Shown one piece after another: positions 17,168 to 25,455 of a stretch of 38,073 nt of DNA. The stretch spans positions 1 through 38,073 of the IMG/VR virus record IMGVR_UViG_3300049015_000051, one strand, 5' to 3'. A program made the translations under genes and the position numbers. Positions within the stretch are counted from its first letter, which is position 1. The number at the start of each line of letters is the position of its first letter. The notes under the pieces were generated by a model that worked only from the letters and a program-made list of their open reading frames with translations, had not been told where the DNA came from and ran no database searches. The DNA comes from a virus (lineage: Duplodnaviria; Caudoviricetes).

Positions 17168-18711
17168 TAGTATAAATGCTTTCGTTCTACTTTGCCCGTT
17201 AAAGGGGCTTTACCTGGTGTGCCTGTGTAAATATGTTTTGATAGGTAGGTGATTGCCTGTTCATCGGCATCGGGTGCATCATCATGCCCCTTGTAATTAG
17301 GTTCGATCCCGAACAATTGCGCCATACCAATTTGGGTATCTTTATGCGGCTTCATCTTTTCATTATACCAAATCCTTCCATTTTGATAATAAGGCTGAAG
17401 CGATACAATACGATCATATTTCCTTATGCGCGGTGTATCAACTTTTGTAATCCGCAAATCAATCTGATGATCATCTTCCGCTTCCCTTATGGTGCGTTCC
17501 ACTTCATCATTCCAAAACTGACTTTCAAAACGCCAATGCACCCTAACGCCTGCAGGAAGGTTTTTTTGATAATCTGCCATAAAGTCAAGGGCGGCACGCA
17601 TTTTCGTTTTCTTTACAAAAGATGTGATGTAATAAAACTGCTTGTTTTTAAGCCCCCAAATACGAACCGCATTGTAATCGGCTGTTGCTGTTCCGGCATA
17701 GGCAATATCCCAATGCCCAACAATTGCATCAAAATGATCAAGGCGCGGCAACTTGCACCATTGAACTTGATCATCCTTGAAGATCTTGCCTTCAACATGT
17801 GGTTCCTGATTGTATTCTGCCTGTGCTGCAAGTATTCCAATTTCATCTTCAACTTCCTGAAAATATGTATCTGAATACTTTTCAGGCCATGCGGGCTTAT
17901 AGGTTACAGGATCATAAGCCTTCACGTGATGAACCTTCCATTTAGGGTGCCGTTCCTGCAGCTTCTTTTGGATCATTATTGGAGCAAAGGCATTGTTTGC
18001 TAAAATGAAGCGCCTTGTTTGCCCATCCATTGTTGGCAAAAGGTACTTTTCAACCCATTCAACAATTTCATCCTGCCTGCGTTCATTCTTAACAGTATCT
18101 TTGGTTTCACAATCATCCATTACGATGTAATTGGGGCGCAAATTGCCTACCCTTAAACCCCTGCAAGATTGCCCCAAGCCTAATGCCTGTGCAATGAAAT
18201 TGTTTTTTGTTTGGTAAAATCCATCTTCCCAGCTTCCGGGGTTTTTCTGTTCCCCAAAATCTTTTATGATCTGTGGATTGTTTTCCCATTCAAGCCTTAA
18301 ATCTTCAAGTAATTGTTCAGCCTTATCATAGCTGCTGCCAACAATAACCATATAGACCTTTTCACCTTTTAGCCATAACCAAAAAGGGATCAGGATATCA
18401 GATACAACAGATTTTGCAAGCCCACGCCCCCATTCACAAAAGGCTTTGCAGGTAAGGTGCTTTGATACATAAATTGCAAGTTCAATGTGGAACCATGCAG
18501 AAGGGCAATCCGCATAATGCGGAAAGAACCTTTGCACCATAAACCCAAAATCTTTTTCTGCCCTTGCTAATGCTGCAGCCGTTTCTTCCTTGGTTTCATT
18601 AGGATTGATTTTGCCGCCTGAAGCCCGGATCAACTTGATCTTTTCGAGTATGCGATTTTTGGCTATTTTATCGGCCTGCTTCATTACTTGATTGAATCGG
18701 TTTTTGGGCAA
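17167..18711 (-). CDS. Terminase large subunit
   Basis: RGLAKS Walker A variant, RGLR...RPNYIVMDD Walker B, and HWDIAY and HDDAPDA nuclease motifs. Confidence 0.92.
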   Translation of the reverse strand: MPKNRFNQVMKQADKIAKNRILEKIKLIRASGGKINPNETKEETAAALARAEKDFGFMVQRFFPHYADCPSAWFHIELAIYVSKHLTCKAFCEWGRGLAKSVVSDILIPFWLWLKGEKVYMVIVGSSYDKAEQLLEDLRLEWENNPQIIKDFGEQKNPGSWEDGFYQTKNNFIAQALGLGQSCRGLRVGNLRPNYIVMDDCETKDTVKNERRQDEIVEWVEKYLLPTMDGQTRRFILANNAFAPIMIQKKLQERHPKWKVHHVKAYDPVTYKPAWPEKYSDTYFQEVEDEIGILAAQAEYNQEPHVEGKIFKDDQVQWCKLPRLDHFDAIVGHWDIAYAGTATADYNAVRIWGLKNKQFYYITSFVKKTKMRAALDFMADYQKNLPAGVRVHWRFESQFWNDEVERTIREAEDDHQIDLRITKVDTPRIRKYDRIVSLQPYYQNGRIWYNEKMKPHKDTQIGMAQLFGIEPNYKGHDDAPDADEQAITYLSKHIYTGTPGKAPLTGKVERKHLY

Positions 18712-18941
18712 TACTTCACGATCTTCTTTTCTGAAGTGTGGCTTATGCTGTTTGTGTGGAAATCATAGAAGATGCTGGTGATCACTCTTACACGGTAAAT
18801 ATCCCCGCGTAAATGTTTTGATTCAATGATCTGCCCAACTTTATAGCCACAGCCTTTTTTAAGCAAATGTGATCCGATCCTTAACCGCCATTGTGCTGCA
18901 GGCGCTTTTGATGCAATAAGGTTTAAAATGAGTTTAAACAT
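18684..18941 (-). CDS. Hypothetical protein between terminase subunits
   Basis: ORF fills the gap and is co-oriented. Confidence 0.6.
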   Translation of the reverse strand: MFKLILNLIASKAPAAQWRLRIGSHLLKKGCGYKVGQIIESKHLRGDIYRVRVITSIFYDFHTNSISHTSEKKIVKYCPKTDSIK

Positions 18942-18948
18942 ATATTAA

Positions 18949-19410
18949 TTAGTATTTAAGTGCGAGATTGTTAATGTGTTCTTCAAAAAATTCAAGCAGA
19001 TCTGCATGAACAGCAGGCTTCATTTTCTGAAGCATTTCATTCATTATTGATTCTGTTACATTGATGTACACGTTGTAAGGGATCCTGTGTGCCTTTTCAA
19101 AGTTTTCCTTTGTCTTGTTAAGCTTGGCCATGGCATCAACCAGCTTGAACTTGGCATCTTCTTTTGCTTCAGGATCTGATTCCATTTCAATAAGCTTTTC
19201 AGCATAGTGATCAATAACTTTATTTATGTTATCCAATCCTGAACTTAAGGAACTCATTAAGGCATTTCGCCTGTCTTTCCAGCCATATTTTTTAACCCAA
19301 TCCCCAACGGTTTTTTCGGTTATGCCCAAATATTCTGCTATCTGTTTGGCGGTTTTGCGCTGTTTTACATAGAGTTCTTCAGCAAGTTTTCTTTCCCTGT
19401 CTTTTGCCAT
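18949..19410 (-). CDS. Terminase small subunit (HTH)
   Basis: AKQIAEYLGITEKTVGDWVKKYGW; first gene of the leftward late operon. Confidence 0.8.
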   Translation of the reverse strand: MAKDRERKLAEELYVKQRKTAKQIAEYLGITEKTVGDWVKKYGWKDRRNALMSSLSSGLDNINKVIDHYAEKLIEMESDPEAKEDAKFKLVDAMAKLNKTKENFEKAHRIPYNVYINVTESIMNEMLQKMKPAVHADLLEFFEEHINNLALKY

Positions 19411-19597
19411 AATTCACATTGATTATGATGCAAAATTGCACCTTCATTAGAGTACCTGAAGAAATCTTTTCCTACACAAGGATTACAAACCTGATAAAGG
19501 ATTCTTTAAATCCTGATGTAGGAATTTCAATTTTTGAAGCCGTTGTTTTCTCCCAACATTTGCATCAACATTTCGATGAACAAATAAATTTTTACAA
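19411..19597. promoter_or_regulatory. Divergent late promoter region with three CCT-N5-AGG dyads
   Basis: Dyads at 19471-81, 19490-500 and 19512-22; degenerate -7 elements CAATTTTG (minus, ~19432-39) and AACATTTG (plus, 19555-62). Confidence 0.65.
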
Positions 19598-20722
19598 GTG
19601 ATCAGAAAACACATTTACGCAATTTCAGCAGCCTTAATTATAGCCTTCAGCGGTTCTAATTTTGCGGCATTAGCGGCACAGCATCCCATGGCTATTACTG
19701 CAGAAGCAAAAAATAATGTTGCAGAAATAAGGATATCAGGTGTAATACATGAATATCAAAATTCTGCACAGGCATTTAAGCGCACCATTGATGATCTGCT
19801 TGCACAAGGCATTGAAGATGTAAATCTTTATATCAATTGCCCGGGCGGTTCTGTATTTGAAGCCAACGAGATTGCAAACGAGATTGAAAGATTTACAGGA
19901 ACAATAAAAGGCTTTGGTGGTGCTTTGGTGGCATCAGCAGCTTCTTACCTGGCATTGATATGTGATTCTTTTGAAATGGCTGAAAATGGGCAGTACATGT
20001 ACCATAAACCACACGGCATCATTGGCGGCAATGAAGATGCCATTGAATCACAGCTTAAACTTCTTAAAGGGCTTACATCACAGTACAGGAAGAAGTATGC
20101 CGAAAAAACTGGAATGACTGAAGATCAAATTGAAGCCAATTGGGCTAAAGGGGATGTGTGGCTAAGTGCTGCAGAAGCTTTGGAACAGGGATTCATTACA
20201 GGCATTTCCAAAAAGAAAGCACCGATAACACAAGAAACAAAAGCCCTTTTCACGGCTTGTGGTGCCCCAACTTCCCCGCGAATAAATACAAAAACTACAA
20301 ATAAGATGGATCAAAAAGCGATTGCAAAATCTTTGGGGCTTCCTGAAGATGCTACTGAAGAACAGATCAATGCAGCTATCAAGGCAAATAAGGAAGCCGC
20401 TGATAATGCTGCTGCTGACAAAAAAACAGCACAGGAAGCACAGGCAAAGAACCTTATCAATAAGGGTGTGCTGGATAAGAAGTTTGATGCCAAGACAGGT
20501 GAAAGCCTTCTTAAATGGGCAGAAACTGATTATGAAGCCTGTGAAAAGTACGTTAACGGCCTTCAGGCAATGAGTGCAGTAAGCAAGCACATCACTCCTG
20601 GTAAAACTGCAGAAATAGCCGCAAAGAAATTTGAGGATATGACTGAAGAAGAACAGAAGGATCTTGCTGAAAACGATCCTGAAGCCTTCACAGCGGCTTA
20701 TACTGCCTACCTAAGCAAGTAA
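19598..20722 (+). CDS. ClpP-type head maturation protease/scaffold
   Basis: INCPGGSV, ASAAS and MYHKP ClpP motifs; LGLPEDATEEQI scaffold-like C-terminus; alternative start ATG 19688. Confidence 0.9.
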   Translation: MIRKHIYAISAALIIAFSGSNFAALAAQHPMAITAEAKNNVAEIRISGVIHEYQNSAQAFKRTIDDLLAQGIEDVNLYINCPGGSVFEANEIANEIERFTGTIKGFGGALVASAASYLALICDSFEMAENGQYMYHKPHGIIGGNEDAIESQLKLLKGLTSQYRKKYAEKTGMTEDQIEANWAKGDVWLSAAEALEQGFITGISKKKAPITQETKALFTACGAPTSPRINTKTTNKMDQKAIAKSLGLPEDATEEQINAAIKANKEAADNAAADKKTAQEAQAKNLINKGVLDKKFDAKTGESLLKWAETDYEACEKYVNGLQAMSAVSKHITPGKTAEIAAKKFEDMTEEEQKDLAENDPEAFTAAYTAYLSK

Positions 20723-20755
20723 GCCAAACCAACCTTTTAAACTCTTAATACTTAT

Positions 20756-21766
20756 ATGAAAAACAAGATCGGATTATTTTTCGGCTTACTGATTTTAACG
20801 TTAGCCGTTGTTACAGGGTATGCAAAAGAAGCCCCTGAAGAAACTACAATGTACACAGCCGGTGTAGCAATTGTTGATGGTGACCTGCTTAACCAACTTA
20901 ATGAAAAATTCATTATCACCAAGTTTAAGCATATCGGTACATGGTTACAGGAAGTAACAAGTAAGGATAATTGGGTATCAAATGATGCCATCAAGATCCC
21001 AAAACGTAAAGGCACAAATGCACCAACTGTATTGATCAACAATGCCGTTTATCCAATAGCATCAAATAACAGGGAAGATGAACACGTAGTTGTTTCACTT
21101 AACAAATACGATACTGAAAACCGTGTTGTTACTGATGATGAACTTAACGCCATTGCTTACGATAAAGAAGGTGATATCAACCTTGAACTGAAGGAAGAAC
21201 TGGAAGCACAAACCACTTACCATGCGCTTCACTCTTTATCACCAGCTTCTAACGCTGCAAGCACCCCTGTAATTGAAACAACAGGCGCAAATGATGGTAC
21301 AGGCCGTTTAAGAATGACCAAAAAGGATATCATCATCCTGAAGGGCAAACTTGATGCGCTTTCAGTTCCATTGGAAGGCAGGATCCTTGTGTTATCAACT
21401 GTTCATGCAAATGATCTTTTACTTGAAGATAGCGCCTTTGAAAAAGGATATCATAACCGTGTTGATGGTGCGATTTCAGTTAACTATTACGGCTTCAAGA
21501 TATACGAAAATGTATATACGCCAACTTACCATGCTACCAACAAAACCAAGCTTGCTTTTGGTTCGGTAACGGCAGGCCGTTTAAGTTCGATTGTGTTCCA
21601 CAAAAAATCAACTGTAAAAGCTAAAGGTACTGTTACCAGGTATGCAGCAGATGCAAAGCAAAACCCAAGGTACAGACAATCTGAAGTTGGTTATAGGGTA
21701 TATTTTGGATGCTTCGCCATTCAGGATGAAGGGCAGGCCGCTATCATTGATGGCGTAGCAGCTTAA
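20756..21766 (+). CDS. Major capsid protein
   Basis: 336 aa directly after the protease; LDALSVPLEGRILVL and YGFKIYE are HK97-like patterns; hydrophobic N-terminus. Confidence 0.8.
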   Translation: MKNKIGLFFGLLILTLAVVTGYAKEAPEETTMYTAGVAIVDGDLLNQLNEKFIITKFKHIGTWLQEVTSKDNWVSNDAIKIPKRKGTNAPTVLINNAVYPIASNNREDEHVVVSLNKYDTENRVVTDDELNAIAYDKEGDINLELKEELEAQTTYHALHSLSPASNAASTPVIETTGANDGTGRLRMTKKDIIILKGKLDALSVPLEGRILVLSTVHANDLLLEDSAFEKGYHNRVDGAISVNYYGFKIYENVYTPTYHATNKTKLAFGSVTAGRLSSIVFHKKSTVKAKGTVTRYAADAKQNPRYRQSEVGYRVYFGCFAIQDEGQAAIIDGVAA

Positions 21767-21792
21767 CAACATAGAAAAGCAAATTATATATG

Positions 21793-21846
21793 AAAGCCAC
21801 CATCCACAAGCTATCAATCCAATATGCAAGTGCGGTGGCTTTTTTT
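21793..21846 (+). terminator. Long-loop hairpin terminator/attenuator after capsid gene
   Basis: AAAGCCACC (21793-801) / GGTGGCTTT (21834-42) followed by a T-run. Confidence 0.55.
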
Positions 21847-21870
21847 GAAAAACACATTATACCAAAGAAT

Positions 21871-22275
21871 ATGAATGCCGTACTAACAAGGGAACATGCT
21901 GAACCCACACAAACATTAGGCAAGCTTGAACTTTACGATGCTTCAGGCAAAAGGCTTTTCGAGTGCAAAACGCTTGAACTTCCATGGCTGAACAATACTA
22001 AGCAAAAAAGCTGCATCCCAACGGGAATCTACACAGTAACAGCAAGAACTTCCCCAAAGTACGGCCTTCATTACTTGGTAAACAAAGTGAAGAACAGGGA
22101 TTCAATTCTTATTCATCACGGCAATTACAAAACGGATATTTTGGGCTGCATACTTGTAGGATCTGCACACGTTGATCTTAATGGTGATACCTGTAAAGAT
22201 GTTACTTCAAGTAAGGCAACCATGAAAAAACTGCTAAAATTAGCCCCTGATGGCTTTAAACTAAGCATACGATGA
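21871..22275 (+). CDS. DUF5675-like putative endolysin
   Basis: TLELPW, SCIPTGIY and ILIHHGN...GCILVG (L,D-transpeptidase-like His/Cys); start moved to ATG 21871. Confidence 0.75.
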   Translation: MNAVLTREHAEPTQTLGKLELYDASGKRLFECKTLELPWLNNTKQKSCIPTGIYTVTARTSPKYGLHYLVNKVKNRDSILIHHGNYKTDILGCILVGSAHVDLNGDTCKDVTSSKATMKKLLKLAPDGFKLSIR

Positions 22276-22778
22276 TAAAAGAAGAAAAACAGGCTTGGGG
22301 TTTATGGATTGCTGCAATGCTCATACTTCTGTTGTGCCTTGGCTGTGGATCAAAAAAAGGGTTTACGAGTTCACAAACTATCAAGGATAGCACGTGGATT
22401 AAAAAAACAGTAACGCCCATTGATACTGCAGTTACAATACCGGGCAATAAAGTTGGCGTATCGGCAAAGCTTGAAGATCTAACTGAAGGGAAGATTTTTG
22501 AAAACACATCCAAGAACCTAACGGCTTCTTTAAGGCGTGAAGGCAACACAATAATTGCCAATTGCAATCAGGAAGAACTTGAAATGATCATCCGGCTGCA
22601 AAAAGAACTTTTAGAGGTTTACCGATCACGGGAAACTGATAAACAAGAAACAAAAACGGTTACTGAAAACAAAGTGCCGTGGTACCTGGTACCGTTAGTG
22701 TGGTTGGGCGGGATCTGCCTGATCATCATCCTAATCGCATTATTAATCAAATTTTTAAAACCAAAGAAGTTACCATGA
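22272..22778 (+). CDS. Lipoprotein with C-terminal TM helix, unimolecular spanin-like
   Basis: Hydrophobic leader with lipobox-like CLGC, C-terminal hydrophobic helix and basic tail; next to the lysin. Confidence 0.65.
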   Translation: MIKEEKQAWGLWIAAMLILLLCLGCGSKKGFTSSQTIKDSTWIKKTVTPIDTAVTIPGNKVGVSAKLEDLTEGKIFENTSKNLTASLRREGNTIIANCNQEELEMIIRLQKELLEVYRSRETDKQETKTVTENKVPWYLVPLVWLGGICLIIILIALLIKFLKPKKLP

Positions 22779-23206
22779 AACAAGGTATAAAATTAGCGGC
22801 CATTGCCGCCTTCACAGCCTTCCCAAATGCAAAATCAGTTTGGGTTAGCCCGGATGAACAGGCTTTCCTTCACGAATCACGCGCAAAGATGCACAACAGC
22901 GATTCTGTTGAAGTGAAGCGTATTGATGTGATGGAAGAAGAATCGGGTGCAGATCCTGCAGGTGATTCTAAAGATCCGGCACAGCCACAACCTGAAGGCG
23001 TTAATGTTGTTACCGCCAAGGTTAAAACAATGACCAGCATTGAAGAACTGGAAGAACTGAAAAAGAACGATAACCGCAAAACTGTTCAGGATGCAATTGA
23101 TAAAAGGATTGCAACGCTTAAAGCGGCACCTGCCACACAGCCTGCAGCCCCAACAGAACCGGCTAAAGATCCTGTAACAGATCCTGCAACTAATAACGAG
23201 CAATAA
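22775..23206 (+). CDS. Hypothetical Pro/Ala-rich protein
   Basis: ATGA-coupled; contains the small helical motif IEELEEL...RKTVQDAIDKRI. Confidence 0.7.
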   Translation: MKQGIKLAAIAAFTAFPNAKSVWVSPDEQAFLHESRAKMHNSDSVEVKRIDVMEEESGADPAGDSKDPAQPQPEGVNVVTAKVKTMTSIEELEELKKNDNRKTVQDAIDKRIATLKAAPATQPAAPTEPAKDPVTDPATNNEQ

Positions 23207-23208
23207 CC

Positions 23209-24408
23209 ATGTTTGAAGGTGTAAATGTAAACAGGGGCCAAGGCGCCCTAAATAGACAAAACGCCAGCACGGATGGTGTGATGGCCCTTGTGGCATATTC
23301 ACCATCTGCAGGTACAGGGGCTTACAATACAGCTTACAGGCTTATTGAACCTGCAGGCGCTGTTACCTTAGGTTATGGCCCTGCGTATGATTCCAACGGG
23401 CATGTGATAGTTCACGGGCATGTTACTGAATTTTTCAGGCTTGCACCAGGTGGAACATTGATCCTGATCGTTACAGATAAAACCACAGCCAAAGCCTTCT
23501 TTGAAAGTGTTGAAGCAAAAGCTTTGTTCAGGCAGAACAGCGATGTTAAGCGCATTGCTTATGCTTATAATGGACAGCCTGCAGCATTGAACATGGTGCA
23601 GGAACTTGCCGCTGCACAACTATTCATTGATGATATGGCTAAAGAAAAGATCCTTTTTGATGGGATATATCTTGAAGGCAGGAATCTTGGTGCTGCAGCC
23701 GTAACACTAAGGACAAATGCAGCGCCACAATGTTCTGTTGTTATCGCCCAAGATCCGGCTGTTGCTGTGCTTGATGCAGCCTATGCCAAATATGCAGCCG
23801 TGGGCAGCGCATTAGGTATGAGGGCAGCCCGTAAGGTTAATGAAAACTTAGGATCTGTTGATATTATCAATAAGCCTAATGCCAAAAAAGGCAACATCAG
23901 TTATCCGCTTACAGATAGGCTGCTTGGGAAATGGCTTAGTGCAAATCTTAGTGATGGTACTGCAGTAACCCCGCTTTCAGGCGCGGTTAAAAAACAACTT
24001 ACTGATTATGGCTATATCTATGCGGGAAGCTTCCCGGATTTCGATGGTGTGTATTTTAATGGTGAGCCTACTTGTGTGGAATTATCATCCGACTACAGCA
24101 CAGGCGAAAATAATGGTGTGTGGAACAAGGCGGCACGTGGAATCAGGATCGCCCTTCTTCCAAAAGTAAGGGGATGGTTTAAAAGAGATCTCACAAGTGG
24201 CAACCTGAAAGCAACGGCAATAACAAGCTTGGAAAACACAGGCAGGAAGCCGCTTGATGAAATGATGGCACGTGAAGAAATCAGCGCGTATGAATTTGGC
24301 ATACCAGCTGATCAGAACCCGAACGATCAAACGCCACTAAAAGTAAAAGTAAGTGTAACCTTGGGTGCGATCATCCACACATTTGATGTGGATCTATCCC
24401 TAAACTAA
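23209..24408 (+). CDS. Tail sheath protein (DUF2586-like)
   Basis: 399 aa; AAVGSALG and GYIY...GVYFNG...SDY..GENNGVWNKAAR; precedes the tube gene. Confidence 0.8.
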   Translation: MFEGVNVNRGQGALNRQNASTDGVMALVAYSPSAGTGAYNTAYRLIEPAGAVTLGYGPAYDSNGHVIVHGHVTEFFRLAPGGTLILIVTDKTTAKAFFESVEAKALFRQNSDVKRIAYAYNGQPAALNMVQELAAAQLFIDDMAKEKILFDGIYLEGRNLGAAAVTLRTNAAPQCSVVIAQDPAVAVLDAAYAKYAAVGSALGMRAARKVNENLGSVDIINKPNAKKGNISYPLTDRLLGKWLSANLSDGTAVTPLSGAVKKQLTDYGYIYAGSFPDFDGVYFNGEPTCVELSSDYSTGENNGVWNKAARGIRIALLPKVRGWFKRDLTSGNLKATAITSLENTGRKPLDEMMAREEISAYEFGIPADQNPNDQTPLKVKVSVTLGAIIHTFDVDLSLN

Positions 24409-24415
24409 TATTAAG

Positions 24416-24850
24416 ATGCCACAAGCAACGAGATTAATAAACGCCTTTGGTAAAATGGCAGGCTGGAACTCTGTAACCTTTAACATATTCGGAAGGGATG
24501 TTGAAGGTATTGCCGAACTATCCTATGATGATAACAGGGATAAAGAATGGGTTCGTGGTGCAGGCGGCCAGCCAATCGGAATGGGTGAAGGCAATGATGA
24601 AGCAACCATTGGCTTAAAGCTGTACATGGAAGAAGTTATTGCCATTCAGGATGCGCTTCCACCTGGTAAGCGTATTCAGGACATTGAATTTGTAGATGCC
24701 ACCGTGCAATACGAATACAGCAACAGGATCTATAAGGATGTTATCCGTAATATTTCCTTCAAAAAAATAGGCAGGGCAGTTAAACAGGGTGATAAAACTG
24801 TTGAACAAACTGTTGAAGCTATTTGTTCACACATAGATTGGAACGTATAA
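24416..24850 (+). CDS. Tail tube protein
   Basis: GWNSV...GI.ELSY.D...G.G..P motif; 144 aa after the sheath. Confidence 0.8.
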   Translation: MPQATRLINAFGKMAGWNSVTFNIFGRDVEGIAELSYDDNRDKEWVRGAGGQPIGMGEGNDEATIGLKLYMEEVIAIQDALPPGKRIQDIEFVDATVQYEYSNRIYKDVIRNISFKKIGRAVKQGDKTVEQTVEAICSHIDWNV

Positions 24851-24856
24851 CAGATT

Positions 24857-25243
24857 ATGGAAGATAAACTTAAAGAGATCGGCACCGAAAACGGTGCCGA
24901 TTCTAAAACGCAGGAAGTTGTTCCTGTTGGATATGCTGATGATGCCACCATTGCGGCTTGGAAAACACAGCACAAGATGAAGCGAATCCCTGAAGTATGG
25001 GCAACAGATGATGATGATCAGCCACACGTTACCTACTTCAAACAGCCGGATATTGAGCACCTGCAGCTTTTAGCAAATAAGGCAAAGAAAGATCAGGAAG
25101 TTGAAGCAATGCAGTTGCTTTTCAATACGCTTAGGATTGGCGGTTCTGAAGATGTACTGAATGATTACAGCATGAAATTACAATGCTTTGATGGTTTAGG
25201 GAAGATCTTCAAGAAAAAGGAATCCGTTGTAAAAAAGCGTTAG
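24857..25243 (+). CDS. Tail assembly chaperone (G-like)
   Basis: Between tube and tape measure; ends in the slippery sequence A AAA AAG. Confidence 0.8.
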   Translation: MEDKLKEIGTENGADSKTQEVVPVGYADDATIAAWKTQHKMKRIPEVWATDDDDQPHVTYFKQPDIEHLQLLANKAKKDQEVEAMQLLFNTLRIGGSEDVLNDYSMKLQCFDGLGKIFKKKESVVKKR

Positions 25244-25455
25244 CCGGTGGTGAAATATCATTAGAAGCCGGCAAGGACTTTTATCGCAAAGGCAATGCCC
25301 TTATCAGGCAATATTTTGATAAGAACCCTGAAAAGCTTCCCTATAAGAAATGGGTTAACCTGTACCAGGAAGCAATTTATTTAAAAACACTCGATGCCCA
25401 AACGCTTACACGCATTTTAGGTGAAGTATTAGGTGGCAAAGCAACTGAAGAATAA
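25231..25455 (+). CDS. -1 frameshift extension of tail chaperone (GT-like)
   Basis: The -1 frame is open from the slip site (KKALAGGEISLEAGKDFYRKGNALIRQYF...KATEE) to a TAA overlapping the tape measure ATG. Confidence 0.8.
   Translation, partial: KKALAGGEISLEAGKDFYRKGNALIRQYFDKNPEKLPYKKWVNLYQEAIYLKTLDAQTLTRILGEVLGGKATEE

Noticed and set aside
19419-19601. 60-aa ORF between the divergent late operons
   Set aside because: It coincides with the promoter/dyad region and has no recognisable protein features.
21790-21870. N-terminal extension of the lysin ORF
   Set aside because: It spans the hairpin and U-tract; the family-like sequence starts at ATG 21871.
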